DNA of 64,000 bases from Terriglobia bacterium (GCA_965198225.1 CBDAOY010000005.1:768001-832000); one strand, 5' to 3'; counted from the stretch's first letter, positions 13,067 to 25,256 are shown. Numbers and translations are program-made. The notes: generated by a model from the sequence alone, not told the origin.

Positions 13067-13513
13067 CTATTGGGAAGGCGTGTCCTTGCCCGCAATGATG
13101 GCGCGGGCCTGCTGGGTGAGGAGTTCCTTCTCTTTGGGCGTGAAGCGGATATCTCCGCTGACCCACTTGGTGAGATCCCGGGTTGCGATTTCGGTGATGC
13201 GCATCTCCTCACCCCGAAGGGTGATGGAGATGGCCCCGGCAATCTCCATCGCTTGCTGGCACTCCCGGATCGATATCGTTGGCGGGCGAGGAGGAAACCG
13301 CTCGAGAAACTGGCGTTCGTCTTCTGCAAGGCTGGCGCGCGGAAGCCGGATATCTCCGCCGACCCGGTGCTTCCCATGTACGCGGAGGGCTCTGGTGATG
13401 AGCACCTGCTCCCCACGGATCATCACATGGATGCCAACACCGGCGATCGTACTGGCCCTTTCGACGATAGCAATCGGCCTTAGGCAAGTTCCGATGGATA
13501 TTTTCGGTTTCAT
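13067..13513 (-). CDS. Paralog of the repA-coupled duplicated-domain hypothetical protein (short internal deletion)
   Basis: Near-identical to 3886-4374; overlaps the repA stop. Confidence 0.7.
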   Translation of the reverse strand: MKPKISIGTCLRPIAIVERASTIAGVGIHVMIRGEQVLITRALRVHGKHRVGGDIRLPRASLAEDERQFLERFPPRPPTISIRECQQAMEIAGAISITLRGEEMRITEIATRDLTKWVSGDIRFTPKEKELLTQQARAIIAGKDTPSQ

Positions 13514-14508
13514 CTTTCCTCCGTGGGGTGAACCCTCGGAGCATTTTCTACAAGTGAAAGATGTTGAGTTGGAGGGATCGCGGGGGTCGAAGGCAAGAGG
13601 ATCAAGACCCCCCTGGACGTCGAGTAGTTCAGGCTGGACCAGACGAGCTTGATTTTCTTCAACTCGCGCAGAACCTTGCTACGGAAGTTTCGAACAATGA
13701 ACTTGTCTCTGGATTTGGCTGGGTCCGGTCCGAACTGGAAGTACAACTCTTTCCAGGAGAGCCGTAGCGGCGCACGAAGTGCAAACACCCGGTAGGTGAG
13801 CCAGAGGTACAGATCAAGGCCCAGCGAGGATCGCTTGAGGGCCTTGAGGGTGTTCATGTCGAGTGGAACGGCGTGGCTGATGATCTCGTTGTAGAACTTC
13901 TCTCCGAGTTCGATTTTACTATCCCACAGTGTGCGTTCGTCGGGACGCTTCGGGTCCCACCAAAGCTCGTGAGTATCGGCGACCAAGGAACTAATTCGTT
14001 TGAAGCCTGACGTGTCCTCGTAGATGAGTGACACGGTGCAAGCAAACAGCCGTTTCATCTGGTCTCGGAGCCGGGCACGGTCACCGCGAGGGCTGCCGCT
14101 GTCGTCGCTCATGCCCAGCTTCCGCATGAACTTGGAAAGCGAAGGCCCTAGGATCAGCACACGGCTTTGGGTTCGTACCGCCTCAGTGCAAACCCAAGCC
14201 ATCAGCAGGCGGGGAATGTTCCCATAGGGCAATTTGTTGTCACCACCTGCAATCATGATGAGCTTGTACGGGCCGTTGACGCGCTTGTACTGGAGCTGCT
14301 CGCCGGGATTGGTACGGGGGAGTGAACACAGCGCCAGCAGTCGCCCCATGAAGCCTAGATCGGGGTCCGCTTCGCTGGCGCCGACAAGCTGGTTCATCTG
14401 ATCGGCCAGAGTGAAGTGATGCCGCGCCCGGGGTGGCACCAGCGAGAGCGCAGGTTTTGATTTATCGTTCATGTCTCTAAAATCCCCCTTATTGTTATCG
14501 TTCATCAC
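13510..14508 (-). CDS. repA: Plasmid replication protein RepA (RepA_C), divergent paralog
   Basis: GFMGRLLALCSLP, LPYGNIPRLLMAWVCTEAVRT; near the iterons. Confidence 0.85.
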   Translation of the reverse strand: MMNDNNKGDFRDMNDKSKPALSLVPPRARHHFTLADQMNQLVGASEADPDLGFMGRLLALCSLPRTNPGEQLQYKRVNGPYKLIMIAGGDNKLPYGNIPRLLMAWVCTEAVRTQSRVLILGPSLSKFMRKLGMSDDSGSPRGDRARLRDQMKRLFACTVSLIYEDTSGFKRISSLVADTHELWWDPKRPDERTLWDSKIELGEKFYNEIISHAVPLDMNTLKALKRSSLGLDLYLWLTYRVFALRAPLRLSWKELYFQFGPDPAKSRDKFIVRNFRSKVLRELKKIKLVWSSLNYSTSRGVLILLPSTPAIPPTQHLSLVENAPRVHPTEER

Positions 14509-14679
14509 TAGCCAGCGGGGGTCCGTTAGCCAGAACTTTTTGTTGGCGGCGTAGCTCTTGACAAAGAACGCCTCCTCCAGAAACCGCAGTCCCTAGCGCT
14601 TGGCGACCTGCTTCAGTTCTTCGGCGTGGCGTTCTCCACACCTCCGGCAGGTCGCCTTGTGTCTGGCAGGCAGCGAGCG

Positions 14680-15231
14680 GGTCGACACCGGAGGCCTGGC
14701 GCGCCGCAGCCGCTTGGTGGAGGGTGTCTCCCCCTCCGACGCGTTGGCCGTGCGGGTCCCGCGGCGTCTCCGTCGCCTACCCGGGTGTGGCCACCTTGTC
14801 GGCCGCGCGGATCGACTGAATCGCGTCCAACGCCGCGAGCCGTTCCACGGCGACCAGCGGCAGGTGCGCCCGGATAGCCCGGTACCGCGGCACGCTGTTG
14901 ATCAGTGTGCCGCCCAGGTCCCGGATGCGTGCCAGGACCTCCGGCGTCACGTCGGCCCGGATGTCCACCGTCACCATCTCGGCTGCGGTGTCCGCGCCCG
15001 CCGGTGGGCGACGGCTGCCCGCCACGCGTCCAGAAGCTGGGAACTCACCTTCCGCTGCGCAGCTGTCCGCTGCGCCTTCTCGGCCAGCAGCGCCTCAATC
15101 TGCCGCACGGCCTTCACCGGCAACTCGCCGTCAGTCTGTGCCGACGGTTGCTGCACGCGGCCCTGCCCTTCGACGGCGGGGGTGAGCAGCGACGCCAGCA
15201 ACACGACAGTAACTGCCGCAATGAACCGCAC
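14680..15231 (-). pseudogene. Secreted protein N-terminus resembling an S8 peptidase pro-region, frameshifted and truncated
   Basis: Signal peptide, then VTVDIRADVTPEVLARIRDLGG in a second frame. Confidence 0.45.
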
Positions 15232-15269
15232 GCCGCCCCGCGCACGCCGCCGGGCGGGCGCCGAGATGA

Positions 15270-15372
15270 AGGCGAATCAGATCCTCTGCCTAAACTTGGT
15301 CACGAATGCCATCGTCACCTGGAACACCGTCTACATGAACGCCGCCATTGAACGGCTGCGGGCCGAGGGGAG
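15270..15372 (+). pseudogene. Tn3 transposase C-terminal fragment
   Basis: LNLVTNAIVTWNTVYMNAAIERLRAEG. Confidence 0.7.
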
Positions 15373-15374
15373 GA

Positions 15375-15905
15375 TCCACAGCGTTCTGGCGGGCCGCGCA
15401 AGCGACGGATGTCGACGCGATGAAGCTGCTGGTGGCTTATGGTGCCGATCCGAAGATTCCGTCGGACGACAACTTGACGCCGCTGGCCGTCGCCACGGGA
15501 GTCGGCTGGGCGGGAAACTTTTCCACCAATGCGCCCGACTTGTTCATGGTGGCCATCGAGTATTTGGTCGAGGAAATTGGCATCGACGTGAATGTCGCGG
15601 ACGCTACGGGCTACACCGCACTGATGGGCGCAGCGTGGAGGGGCGACAATGAAATGGTCCAGTACCTGGTGGATCATGGTGCCAGGCTGGACGTGAGGAC
15701 CGAGTTTGGATGGTCGGTCACGGACATGGCCAATGGCCCGTACCTGCGCAGCAGCGTTCCGGTGAAACACCCCAAGACCGTGGCTCTCCTGCGCGAGCTC
15801 GGTGCTCCGGAACTGATCCAGGTCGACGACGAGGAGATACTCGGGATCATCAAGCGGAAGATCGAGATCCCGGAACAGCCACAAAAGCAACCGAACCCGC
15901 GATAG
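15375..15905 (+). pseudogene. Ankyrin-repeat protein, C-terminal part only
   Basis: TAFWRAA, GADP, TPLAVA, GYTALMGAA repeats; N-terminus replaced by the Tn3 fragment. Confidence 0.75.
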
Positions 15906-16220
15906 TTACGCCACGAAACCAGCCACGGAAGGATAGGGCGGGGAGAGGAGGGGAACCGGCATGGTACTCTGACCGGTTCCGCCAAGTTTCACGCTCCCAA
16001 TGGGGTCGGATTTTTCTAGAATCAACCACGTCGAGCATTGTCCACAGGGGATTTAATATCAACGACTTGAAAACGGCCTCGGGCTGTCATTTCCCGCTGT
16101 TCGTTTTTGAAGTATCAAGGACCGCCCCGGATACCTGCTTCTGGCTGTGGTTTAAACCCGGCTCCGCACCCTCGCTCTCCCTCGCTTGAATCCCCACAGT
16201 TCATCGTTTATCTTCACGGC

Positions 16221-18023
16221 ATGAGGCTTCTTGTCGCTGCCTCCGGATTGCTGTGCTTTTCCGTGATCTGGCTGACGGGGCAGCCGGCCCGGTCCGAGGC
16301 GGGGTACGTCGGCGCCGAGGCCTGCTACACGTGTCATGCGACGATCTCGGAGAGTTATGCAACGGTCGGGATGGCGCGGACGTTTGCGCCGGTCAATGCG
16401 GTACAGCCGATCGAAGACTGGACGGTAAACAATCGTTACTACCACCCTCCCTCGGACCAGCACTTTTTGATGACGAGTCGCGACGGGAGGTACTACCAGA
16501 AACGATATCAGTTGGACGAGGACGGCAACGAGACCAACGCGTTCGAGATGGAGATCCACTACGCGCTGGGCTCCGGCTACAAGGAGCGGGACTACCTGGC
16601 CCTGCTTCCCGGCGGGGAACTGGTTCAGATGCCCGTGGTCTGGTATTCGGACGAGGCCTCGTGGTCCATCGCGCCGGGTTACGATCACGCCGATCACGAC
16701 GGGTTTTCCCGCCACATCAACTACCGTTGCGTATTCTGTCATGCCGCCTATCCGGATCTGGAGCCGGGACAGGGACGTTACGAAGCGCAGACCGCGTTCT
16801 TCAGAACCGATGTGGCCCGGGGAGTCGATTGCGAGCGCTGTCACGGCCCGGGAAGCCTACACCTCGAGAGCGCTACGATAGGCGCGTCAACAGACGAGAT
16901 CCGGGGCAGCATCGTCAACCCCTCCCGTCTCGATCGAGACCGACAGATAGACGTCTGCCTCCAGTGCCACCTTGAAACAACCAGCGCTCCCCTTCCGAAT
17001 TCCACGCTGAAGCTCGGGCGCGGCATGTTTTCGTTCCGTCCCGGTGAGCGGCTGACCGATTACGCCGCCTACTTCGACTTCCCGAAGGGTGTCGGACACG
17101 ACGACGACTTCAACATCGTGCATCAGGGCTATCAGCTCGTGCGTTCCGCGTGTTTCAAGAGCAGCGAGATGACCTGTATCACCTGCCACGATCCGCATCG
17201 CACGCCCGACGACCCGAAGGCGTATTTCAGAGCCCGCTGCCTGGCGTGCCACGAGGGCGAGACGGGCTGTTCGCTCGATGCCGCCCGCCGTGCCAGTGCC
17301 AACGGCGACGATTGTACGGCCTGCCATATGCCGCAGCGGCGCACCGACGACATCGTCCAGGTCGTGATGACCAATCATTACATCCAGCGGTTCGCTCCTC
17401 CCGACCCGCTGGCACCGATAGAAGAGAAGGACAATCGTGGTTACAGCGGCGACCTGGTGTTTTACCTTCCGGAGGAGGACGAAGATCTCTACATGGGAAT
17501 CGGACTGATTCGGGGGCCCGATACCCAACGCGGCGTGGAGCTGCTGGAACGGGCGATCGAACGCGCCCCGCCGGCGACGGCCGAACCTTATTTCTATCTG
17601 GGGGCCGCGTACGGGGAACTGGGCCGATCCGCGCAGTCCATCGAAAACTACCGCAGAGCGATAGAGATCGATCCGGCCTACGCGGAAGCCCACTACAACC
17701 TGGGACTCGTCCACCTCCGAGACCGACGTTTTCGGAGGGCCCTGGAGCTGTTCGAGGAGGCCATCCGCCTCCAGCCGAACGGCGCCGACAACCACGTCGT
17801 CGCCGGGGTGGCGCGCGCCCAGTTGGACCGTCCGGAATCGGCGAGGGCAGCTTACCTGAAGGCCCTCGAACTGGATCCTCTCAACACCGTCGCGCTGAGC
17901 AATCTGGGAACGATGGATCTTCAGTCGGGGAACTTGGAGCGGGCGACATCCCACTTCCGCCGGGTCCTGCGAATCAAACCGAACGACGCGATCGCCCGGC
18001 GAATGCTGGAGCAGTTGAAGTGA
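16221..18023 (+). CDS. Multiheme c-type cytochrome with C-terminal TPR repeats
   Basis: Seven CxxCH motifs, signal peptide, TPR helices (AHYNLG, ALSNLG). Confidence 0.88.
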   Translation: MRLLVAASGLLCFSVIWLTGQPARSEAGYVGAEACYTCHATISESYATVGMARTFAPVNAVQPIEDWTVNNRYYHPPSDQHFLMTSRDGRYYQKRYQLDEDGNETNAFEMEIHYALGSGYKERDYLALLPGGELVQMPVVWYSDEASWSIAPGYDHADHDGFSRHINYRCVFCHAAYPDLEPGQGRYEAQTAFFRTDVARGVDCERCHGPGSLHLESATIGASTDEIRGSIVNPSRLDRDRQIDVCLQCHLETTSAPLPNSTLKLGRGMFSFRPGERLTDYAAYFDFPKGVGHDDDFNIVHQGYQLVRSACFKSSEMTCITCHDPHRTPDDPKAYFRARCLACHEGETGCSLDAARRASANGDDCTACHMPQRRTDDIVQVVMTNHYIQRFAPPDPLAPIEEKDNRGYSGDLVFYLPEEDEDLYMGIGLIRGPDTQRGVELLERAIERAPPATAEPYFYLGAAYGELGRSAQSIENYRRAIEIDPAYAEAHYNLGLVHLRDRRFRRALELFEEAIRLQPNGADNHVVAGVARAQLDRPESARAAYLKALELDPLNTVALSNLGTMDLQSGNLERATSHFRRVLRIKPNDAIARRMLEQLK

Positions 18024-18133
18024 GCGGACCGTGGCTATGGGAGTTCTGGAGTTCCCCGTTAAAAATGCAGGTGGCGCCTCTCACGTTCAAGGCGCCACTT
18101 GTCCTTTCCATTACTTTTTGTAGTGCGAAAATC

Positions 18134-18844
18134 CTATTTCTCTTCTGGCACTTTGACAAATTGCCCTGTGACGGGGTCGAACCTGCGGCCCTTGATGATG
18201 CCCAGGATTTCTTCATCGTCGACCTGGATCGGTTCCGGAGCGCCCAACTTCTGCAGCAGAGCGATCGTTTCAGGGTGTTTCCTGGGAACGCTGCTGACCA
18301 GAGATGGACCATTTGCCATGTCCGTCACCGCCCAGCCAAGCTTGGTCCTGACGTCAACCCTGGCACCTTTGTCGACCAGGTATTGGACGAGCTCACTGTC
18401 TCCTCTCCACGCCGCACCCATCAACGCTGTAAAACCGCCCTCATCAGACGCGACGTTGACGTCGAGTCCCAGCTGCTCGACCAGATACCTGGCGGTCTCC
18501 AGGAAACCGTCCGGCGCATTGACGGAGTTTTCTCCCGCCCAGCCGATTCCCGCGGCGACCGCCAGCGGCGTCAAATTGTCGTCCGACGGAATCTTCGGGT
18601 CGGCTCCATAGGCGACCAGAAGTTTCATCGCGCCGATATCCGTCGCTTGCGCTGCCCGCCAAAACGCCGTCGTTCCGGACACCACTTCCCACTCCTCCTT
18701 GTGATGGGGCGGGTTGAACCACACGGAAGCCAGTATCCTGGCGTTCGATTCGGCGCCCTGCTCCAGGAGCGCCTTCATCAGATCCAGATGACTGACCTTC
18801 TCCTGGGCAATACCCGACGCGGAAGTGGCCGGGGTTACCTCCAA
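18134..18844 (-). pseudogene. Ankyrin-repeat protein, C-terminal part (paralog of 15375-15905)
   Basis: Same TAFWRAAQATD..GADPKIPSDDNLTPLAVA core; no plausible N-terminus. Confidence 0.75.
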
Positions 18845-18869
18845 AAGCGGACCGGCCCCTCAGTGAAAT

Positions 18870-18909
18870 AGAGATAACACTTTATTTTGAAAGAGATAAC
18901 ACTTTATTT
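18870..18909. repeat. 18-bp direct repeat AGAGATAACACTTTATTT x2, period 22
   Basis: Exact copies at 18870-18887 and 18892-18909. Confidence 0.85.
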
Positions 18910-19362
18910 CGCCAAATGTTACTCTGCCGATTACCAATCTGCAACGAGAATGAAGTTGATGGCAATAGCGACCCGACGCCGGGTCAGGAAAGCACACGCG
19001 ACCTGAACTTCAGAGCCAAAGCCGGCACCCAAGCTCGTGCCCCTGAAAAACCTTGCCTGGGCACCGTGGTTGTTGTATAAAACGATCAAATTAATCGCAT
19101 ACAACACAAATTCAGGTTACAAGCTGGAAGGAGTAAGTATCTGAAGTGCCTTTTGCACGGTGTCCGTCCAACTGTCCGTTGCGTCCGCCACTGGAGCGTA
19201 ATATCGACTAGCAGCCTGTCGGACTTTCGGCATAAGTCCTTTGTTGTCAACACGGGGTCTTTCCGGAACGAAATTTTAAGTGCAATAATATCAATGAGAT
19301 GGGTCAATCGGCTATCCCTAGTCCGACAGGCTGCTAGAGAACTCATGGAAGGAGGAAACAAC

Positions 19363-22300
19363 ATGAAACGTTTACTTGCGGCGTCCTGCATGATTTTGTT
19401 GCTGGGCACCGGAGCATTCGCTCAGACCGGGACGATCTCTGGAACTGTTTCGGACCCAAGCGGAGCGGTGATACCCGGAGTGGAGGTGACGGCCACTCAC
19501 GTAGGGACGAGCCTGTCCCGGACGGTCCTTACTAACGAGCGAGGCGCTTACGTCATACCGTTGGTGCCGATCGGTGGATACACCGTGTCGGCTGTACTGC
19601 CGGGATTCCAGACCGCTATTCGGACGGGCATTGTGCTGAACAACCAGAGCCGGTCCACGGTTAACCTCCAACTTCAAGTGGGGAATTTAGCGGAGACAGT
19701 CACGGTCACGGATTCGGCTCCTCTGATTCAATCGGAAACTTCCTCTATCGGTACTGTAATCGAGAACCGCAGAGTCACGGAGCTCCCACTAAACTCGCGG
19801 AAGTTTCAGGACCTGACGATGCTGGTGCCGGGAGTGCGACCATCCGCCCAGGGCTCGCACAAGGGGTTCCGTGGAGGGATCTCCGTTGCAGGTGCGCGAG
19901 ATGGCCAGACTCGTTTCAGCTTGGATGGCGTCGACATGGTGACCACTGTGGTGCAGGTAACAACGTTCTACCCATCTGTTGATATGATAGAGGAATTCAA
20001 GGTCGACACGAGCACCTATTCCGCCGAATTTGGTCACAACGCAGGTGGTCAGATAAGGGTTACCACAAAGTCGGGGAGCAACCAAGTGCACGGGACCCTC
20101 TTCGAATTTGTGCGGAATGACATCCTCGAGGCGAAGAATTACTTCCATCCTGAGGGTCAGAAAAAGCCCAAATACAGACGCAACAATTTTGGTGCCAGCA
20201 TCGGCGGTCCGATTGTCCGAGACCGAACCTTCTTTTTTGGAAATTACGATGGCCTGTATTTAAGACAAGGCCAGACGCGGTCCTCTACCGTGCCGATTCC
20301 GGCTATGATAGGGGGAGATTTCTCAAGCTCTTCGAAGCCGGTAAAGGATCCGCTGACGGGCAAACCATTTCCGGGCAACATCATTCCGCAGGACCGGATG
20401 TCCCCCATCGGGAAGACGATCGCTAGCCAATATCCCGCGCCTAATCTCGCCGGAACAGTACGCAACTTCGTTGCATCCCCGATTCTCACTCGGGATGTTT
20501 ACCAGTTCACGGGTAAGATCGATCACCGATTTTCCGATAACAATAATTTGAGTGTGCGTTACACGTTCAATAACAGCAATCAGATCGACCCCTACAACTG
20601 GAGTAGCATGACCAACCTGCCCGGTTACGGGCGAACGGATTATGAGCGGACGATGAATGTCGCGATTTCGGACACGAAGGTATTTAGTCCGACGTTGGTC
20701 GGGGAACTGCGGATCGGATACAACCGTTACACGCAGGTTAGGACGAATCTTGTCCTCGAAGACATCCCGGCGCAGTGGGGTATCACGGGCACGACCAAGA
20801 GCCCAAATCCACGCGACCATGGAGTTCCGGCCATTCGCGTTTCGGGATTCGAATCGATCGGTAAGTTCAATATTCCATCGGATCGCACCGATATCATCTA
20901 CCAGATTGCCGCGAGTCTCAACTACACCAAGGGGGACCACAGCATCAAAGTGGGTGGAGATGCATGGCAGGCTGGAAGCATGCGGATGAACAATGGCGGT
21001 GGCCGAGGGGAATTCCGGTTTACCGGGACATATACGGGTCATGGATTGGGGGATCTCCTCCTGGGATACCCACGACAGACCAAACGCCGCCTAGGCGACA
21101 GCCGGAACCCGATGTGGCACGAGTTCTTTTCCCTATACCTCCACGACGATTGGAAGGTGACGTCGCGTTTGACCCTGAATTTGGGCGTCCGTTATGACGT
21201 GGGTACCACTAATCGGAGCGCACATGACCGTTTGGCCCGTTTCAATCCCGACACTGGAAACATCGAAATTGCGGGAGTTGCCAGTACGCGCCGGGATATT
21301 GACCGGGTGGACAACCCACTGAGCGTCCACTACCGCCCGGAGCTGGCCGAGCTTGCCGCGACGATTCCGATGGTCGATCTGGGGAAGCGGAGCCTTTACA
21401 CTTTTGACCGTAATGACATCGCTCTGCGTCTGGGTCTGGCCTACGGGTTATCAGATCGTATGGCTCTGCGGGCCGGTTGGGGAGTTTTTTACGACCAGGC
21501 CATAGGCAGCAAGGGGGGCAACCACGGGGGGTGGAAGAGTTTCCCATTTTTCATTCAGCAGGATTTTGATGGCGGGCTCAAATTCTCAAACGCAATCTCG
21601 ATGGATGATCCGTTCCCAAGGCGCCTTGCGAAGTCAGCCGTCAGTCCGTCGAGTTCGACCCCTCATTATCGGACCCCTTACGTGCAGCATTACAACTTTG
21701 GAATCCAGTACGAGCCCGCGAACGATATCCTCGTCGACATGGCCTATGTGGGCAGCACTTCGAGGAAGCTGTATGAAAGCCGAAACATAAATCAGCCGAT
21801 TCGTATGTCGGCCACGGAATCCATCGGTTCGCGGCGGCCTTATCAGGGCTTCGGCAACATCAGCTGGGGCGATTCAGTAGCTCCCGCTGTCTTCAACTCG
21901 CTCCAGGCGAGAGTCGAGTCACGGAACGTGGAAGGTTTCACTCTGGCCGGAGCCTATACGTTCGCGAAGTGGATGGACAGATTTCGGGACGGCGCAGGCG
22001 ATGCCTGGGCTCCCAATAATTACGACATCCACGGAACGATGTGGGGGCCAGCGAGCAATGATATTCGCCACCGGTTGGTGATTAGCTACGTCTACGAGGT
22101 GCCTTCTTCAGGCCGCTCGGGGATCGGCTCCTGGTTCATCGACGGGTGGGAATTCTCCGGGATCACCAGCTTACAGTCGGGACCGCCGTTTACCGTCAAG
22201 CTGAACAAGGATGTAAGCAACAACGGTGTACGCAATGATCGTCCGAACTTAGTCGGTGACCCCGTGTTGCCCAAAAGCCAGCGGTCGGTGGATGCCTGGT

Positions 22301-22581
22301 ACAATACGGACGCATTCTCCATCCCTGCGCGGGGGACCTATGGGGACCTGGGTCGCAATACGCTGAGGGGACCAGGTTACAGGAAGATCGATTTTGCGTT
22401 TATCAAGAAAAACCAGATCGGCGATACCTCGGAACTCCAGTTCCGTATAGAAGCGTTCAACGCGTTCAATCGTACCAACTTTCATCTCCCTAACAACAAA
22501 GTCGATACTTCGTCGGCCGGCCACATTTTCACGGCTGCTGAGGGGCGACAGTTTCAATTCGGGTTAAAACTCGTTTTCTGA
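19363..22581 (+). CDS. TonB-dependent receptor with carboxypeptidase-regulatory-like N-domain (Oar-like)
   Basis: GGAGG RBS, signal peptide, ELPLNSR, EEFKV.T..YSAEFG, C-terminal RQFQFGLKLVF. Confidence 0.92.
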   Translation: MKRLLAASCMILLLGTGAFAQTGTISGTVSDPSGAVIPGVEVTATHVGTSLSRTVLTNERGAYVIPLVPIGGYTVSAVLPGFQTAIRTGIVLNNQSRSTVNLQLQVGNLAETVTVTDSAPLIQSETSSIGTVIENRRVTELPLNSRKFQDLTMLVPGVRPSAQGSHKGFRGGISVAGARDGQTRFSLDGVDMVTTVVQVTTFYPSVDMIEEFKVDTSTYSAEFGHNAGGQIRVTTKSGSNQVHGTLFEFVRNDILEAKNYFHPEGQKKPKYRRNNFGASIGGPIVRDRTFFFGNYDGLYLRQGQTRSSTVPIPAMIGGDFSSSSKPVKDPLTGKPFPGNIIPQDRMSPIGKTIASQYPAPNLAGTVRNFVASPILTRDVYQFTGKIDHRFSDNNNLSVRYTFNNSNQIDPYNWSSMTNLPGYGRTDYERTMNVAISDTKVFSPTLVGELRIGYNRYTQVRTNLVLEDIPAQWGITGTTKSPNPRDHGVPAIRVSGFESIGKFNIPSDRTDIIYQIAASLNYTKGDHSIKVGGDAWQAGSMRMNNGGGRGEFRFTGTYTGHGLGDLLLGYPRQTKRRLGDSRNPMWHEFFSLYLHDDWKVTSRLTLNLGVRYDVGTTNRSAHDRLARFNPDTGNIEIAGVASTRRDIDRVDNPLSVHYRPELAELAATIPMVDLGKRSLYTFDRNDIALRLGLAYGLSDRMALRAGWGVFYDQAIGSKGGNHGGWKSFPFFIQQDFDGGLKFSNAISMDDPFPRRLAKSAVSPSSSTPHYRTPYVQHYNFGIQYEPANDILVDMAYVGSTSRKLYESRNINQPIRMSATESIGSRRPYQGFGNISWGDSVAPAVFNSLQARVESRNVEGFTLAGAYTFAKWMDRFRDGAGDAWAPNNYDIHGTMWGPASNDIRHRLVISYVYEVPSSGRSGIGSWFIDGWEFSGITSLQSGPPFTVKLNKDVSNNGVRNDRPNLVGDPVLPKSQRSVDAWYNTDAFSIPARGTYGDLGRNTLRGPGYRKIDFAFIKKNQIGDTSELQFRIEAFNAFNRTNFHLPNNKVDTSSAGHIFTAAEGRQFQFGLKLVF

Positions 22582-22603
22582 TTTCTCTGAATTACCACCA
22601 ACA

Positions 22604-22636
22604 CGGCCCTGCGAGCCCATGTGGGCCGCAGGGCCG
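22604..22636 (+). terminator. GC-rich stem-loop after the receptor gene
   Basis: CGGCCCTGCG...CGCAGGGCCG; no U-tract. Confidence 0.45.
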
Positions 22637-22698
22637 ACCTCCCATAGCTGAAGATCCAGCCGGAGCCGAGCGAAGGCTATCCCTCATTTTGATATTAG

Positions 22699-23325
<627 letters not shown>

Positions 23326-23329
23326 TTCC

Positions 23330-23572
23330 ATGCTCGTGAAGCTTGACGAGAATCTCGGCCGTTCCCACGTTGCGCTGCTGTTAGAGGCAGGCCATCAAAC
23401 AGACCGAGTGCATGATCAGGGCCTTTCAGGAGCGGCTGATCCGGTTGTCTGGGAGCGTGTTTCTAGCGAAGGACGGTTCTTCATCACCATGGATTTGGGC
23501 TTTGCCGATGTTCGCCGGTACAAGCCCGGATCTCATCCCGGGATCTTGCTCCTGCGCGCACGCAATCGGAGC
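23330..23572 (+). pseudogene. DUF5615 PIN-like toxin, 3'-truncated
   Basis: KLDENL, GLSGAAD, FITMDLGF, HPGILLLR, then joined to the coupling-protein sequence. Confidence 0.8.
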
Positions 23573-25256
23573 CGACCCCTTATGGCTCACCGTCCCGGAG
23601 CGGGGCTTGTATACCGGAGTCGCCATTTTCGGAGCGGTCGGATCGGGGAAAACCTCGGCTTGCATGCACCCGTTCGCCTCGCAGCTTCTCGGCTGGCAAG
23701 CCGAGAATTCACAGAAGCGGGCGACCGCTCTGGTGCTGGAAGTGAAGGGCGATTTCTGCCACGACATACGCCGGATTCTCACCGACGCGGGCCGGGGATC
23801 GGATTACCTCGAGTTGAGCATGGACGGGCCTTGGCGCTGGAATCCCCTCTCGGCAACGTGGCTGGATTCCTACTCGCTGGCTTACACCGTTTCCAGCTTG
23901 CTCAACCAGTTGTTCGGCAAGGGCAAGGACCCGTTCTGGCAGCAAGCCTATACGAATGTCGTCCGCTGGGTGATCGAGCTTCACCGGGCGTTGCCCGGAG
24001 GCTGGGTCACGTTGCAGGACGTTTACCGGTGCACGATCAGCCCGGACGAGCTCAAGCGAAAGATCGAACAGGCCGAGATGTGGGCCGGTCGGAACCATAA
24101 GCGCTGGCTGCAAATATCGGCGGAAGCGTTTGGGAAACAGAGCGAGGCGTTGTCGGAGTGGAACTGGACCCCTGCCGGGGACACGCTGGAATATCTCCGG
24201 GCCAATTTTTCGCCGGAACTGAAAGCCACACTCGAAAAGCTAAAGATTGGGGCCGAGGGAAAATGGACCGGCTACGCCGACGCCGAAGCCCTGGAGCGCG
24301 TGACGGCAATCAAACGCCGGCACGATAACGACTGGTTGCAGCTGGATCACAAGGTCCGCACTTCCGTTGTTGAAGGCGTGGCTGTCTTCCTGTCCATGTT
24401 CGATCTCCCCGAAGTGGCGCGTGTGTTCTGTCCGCCCCCGCCCCCGACAGGGGAGGCGGAGCCGGGGCCGGAGGAACCAGTCACGAGCGGCGGCGGACTC
24501 GGAGCGCTGACAATCAGACGCCATCTGCCCCCGCTCGATGAACTGATCGAGGACGGGAAGGTGCTGGCCCTGAACATGCCGGTCGGAACCAATCCGGCGC
24601 TGGCCCGCGCCATCGGCGTGATGCTCAAGAACGCATGGCTCCAATCCCTCTTGCGGCGTCCGGCATGGAGGAAGGAATCGCCGGAGCGCTACTTCCGTCC
24701 CGCCGTCTTCATGTGCGACGAGTATCAATCGTTCGCCTCGGTCGGCGAGGACGACCCATCGGGCGATGAAAAAGCGTTCGCTCTCACCCGCCAATGCCGC
24801 GTCATTCCGATTGTCGCCACCCAATCTATTTCCTCTCTGCGGTCGGTGCTGGGGAGTTCAGAGGCGTGGCGGACCCTGCTTCAGACGTTGCGGACCCGGA
24901 TTTTCCTGTCCCTGAGCGATGACGCCTCGGCCCGCATCGCATCGGAGTTGTGCGGCCAGGTGGCGAAGATCAAGGGATCGTACACGATCAGCGAATCGTC
25001 GAAGCGGGCCGGAATCTCCCCGCTGTCGGGACGCGCCGGGGGCGGGGGCGGACACATCGGGGCCACGAAATCCTTTCAGGAGCGCCGGGAGGCCGTCTTT
25101 CATCCACGGGACTTCGCCCTGCTCTCGAACTGCCAGGCGATCTGTCTCCCCTATGACGGGGCGCAGTCGCTTGAACCCCGGCGTGTCTATCTCAAACCGC
25201 ACTACCTTCCCCGCGATGAATCCTATTGGGCGGCGTGGCGGGCCGGGCAGATATGA
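23573..25256 (+). CDS. VirD4/TraD-like coupling ATPase lacking its native N-terminus (ORF called from 23412)
   Basis: GAVGSGKT, VLEVKGD, FWQQA, CDEYQ, IVATQSISSL. Confidence 0.8.
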
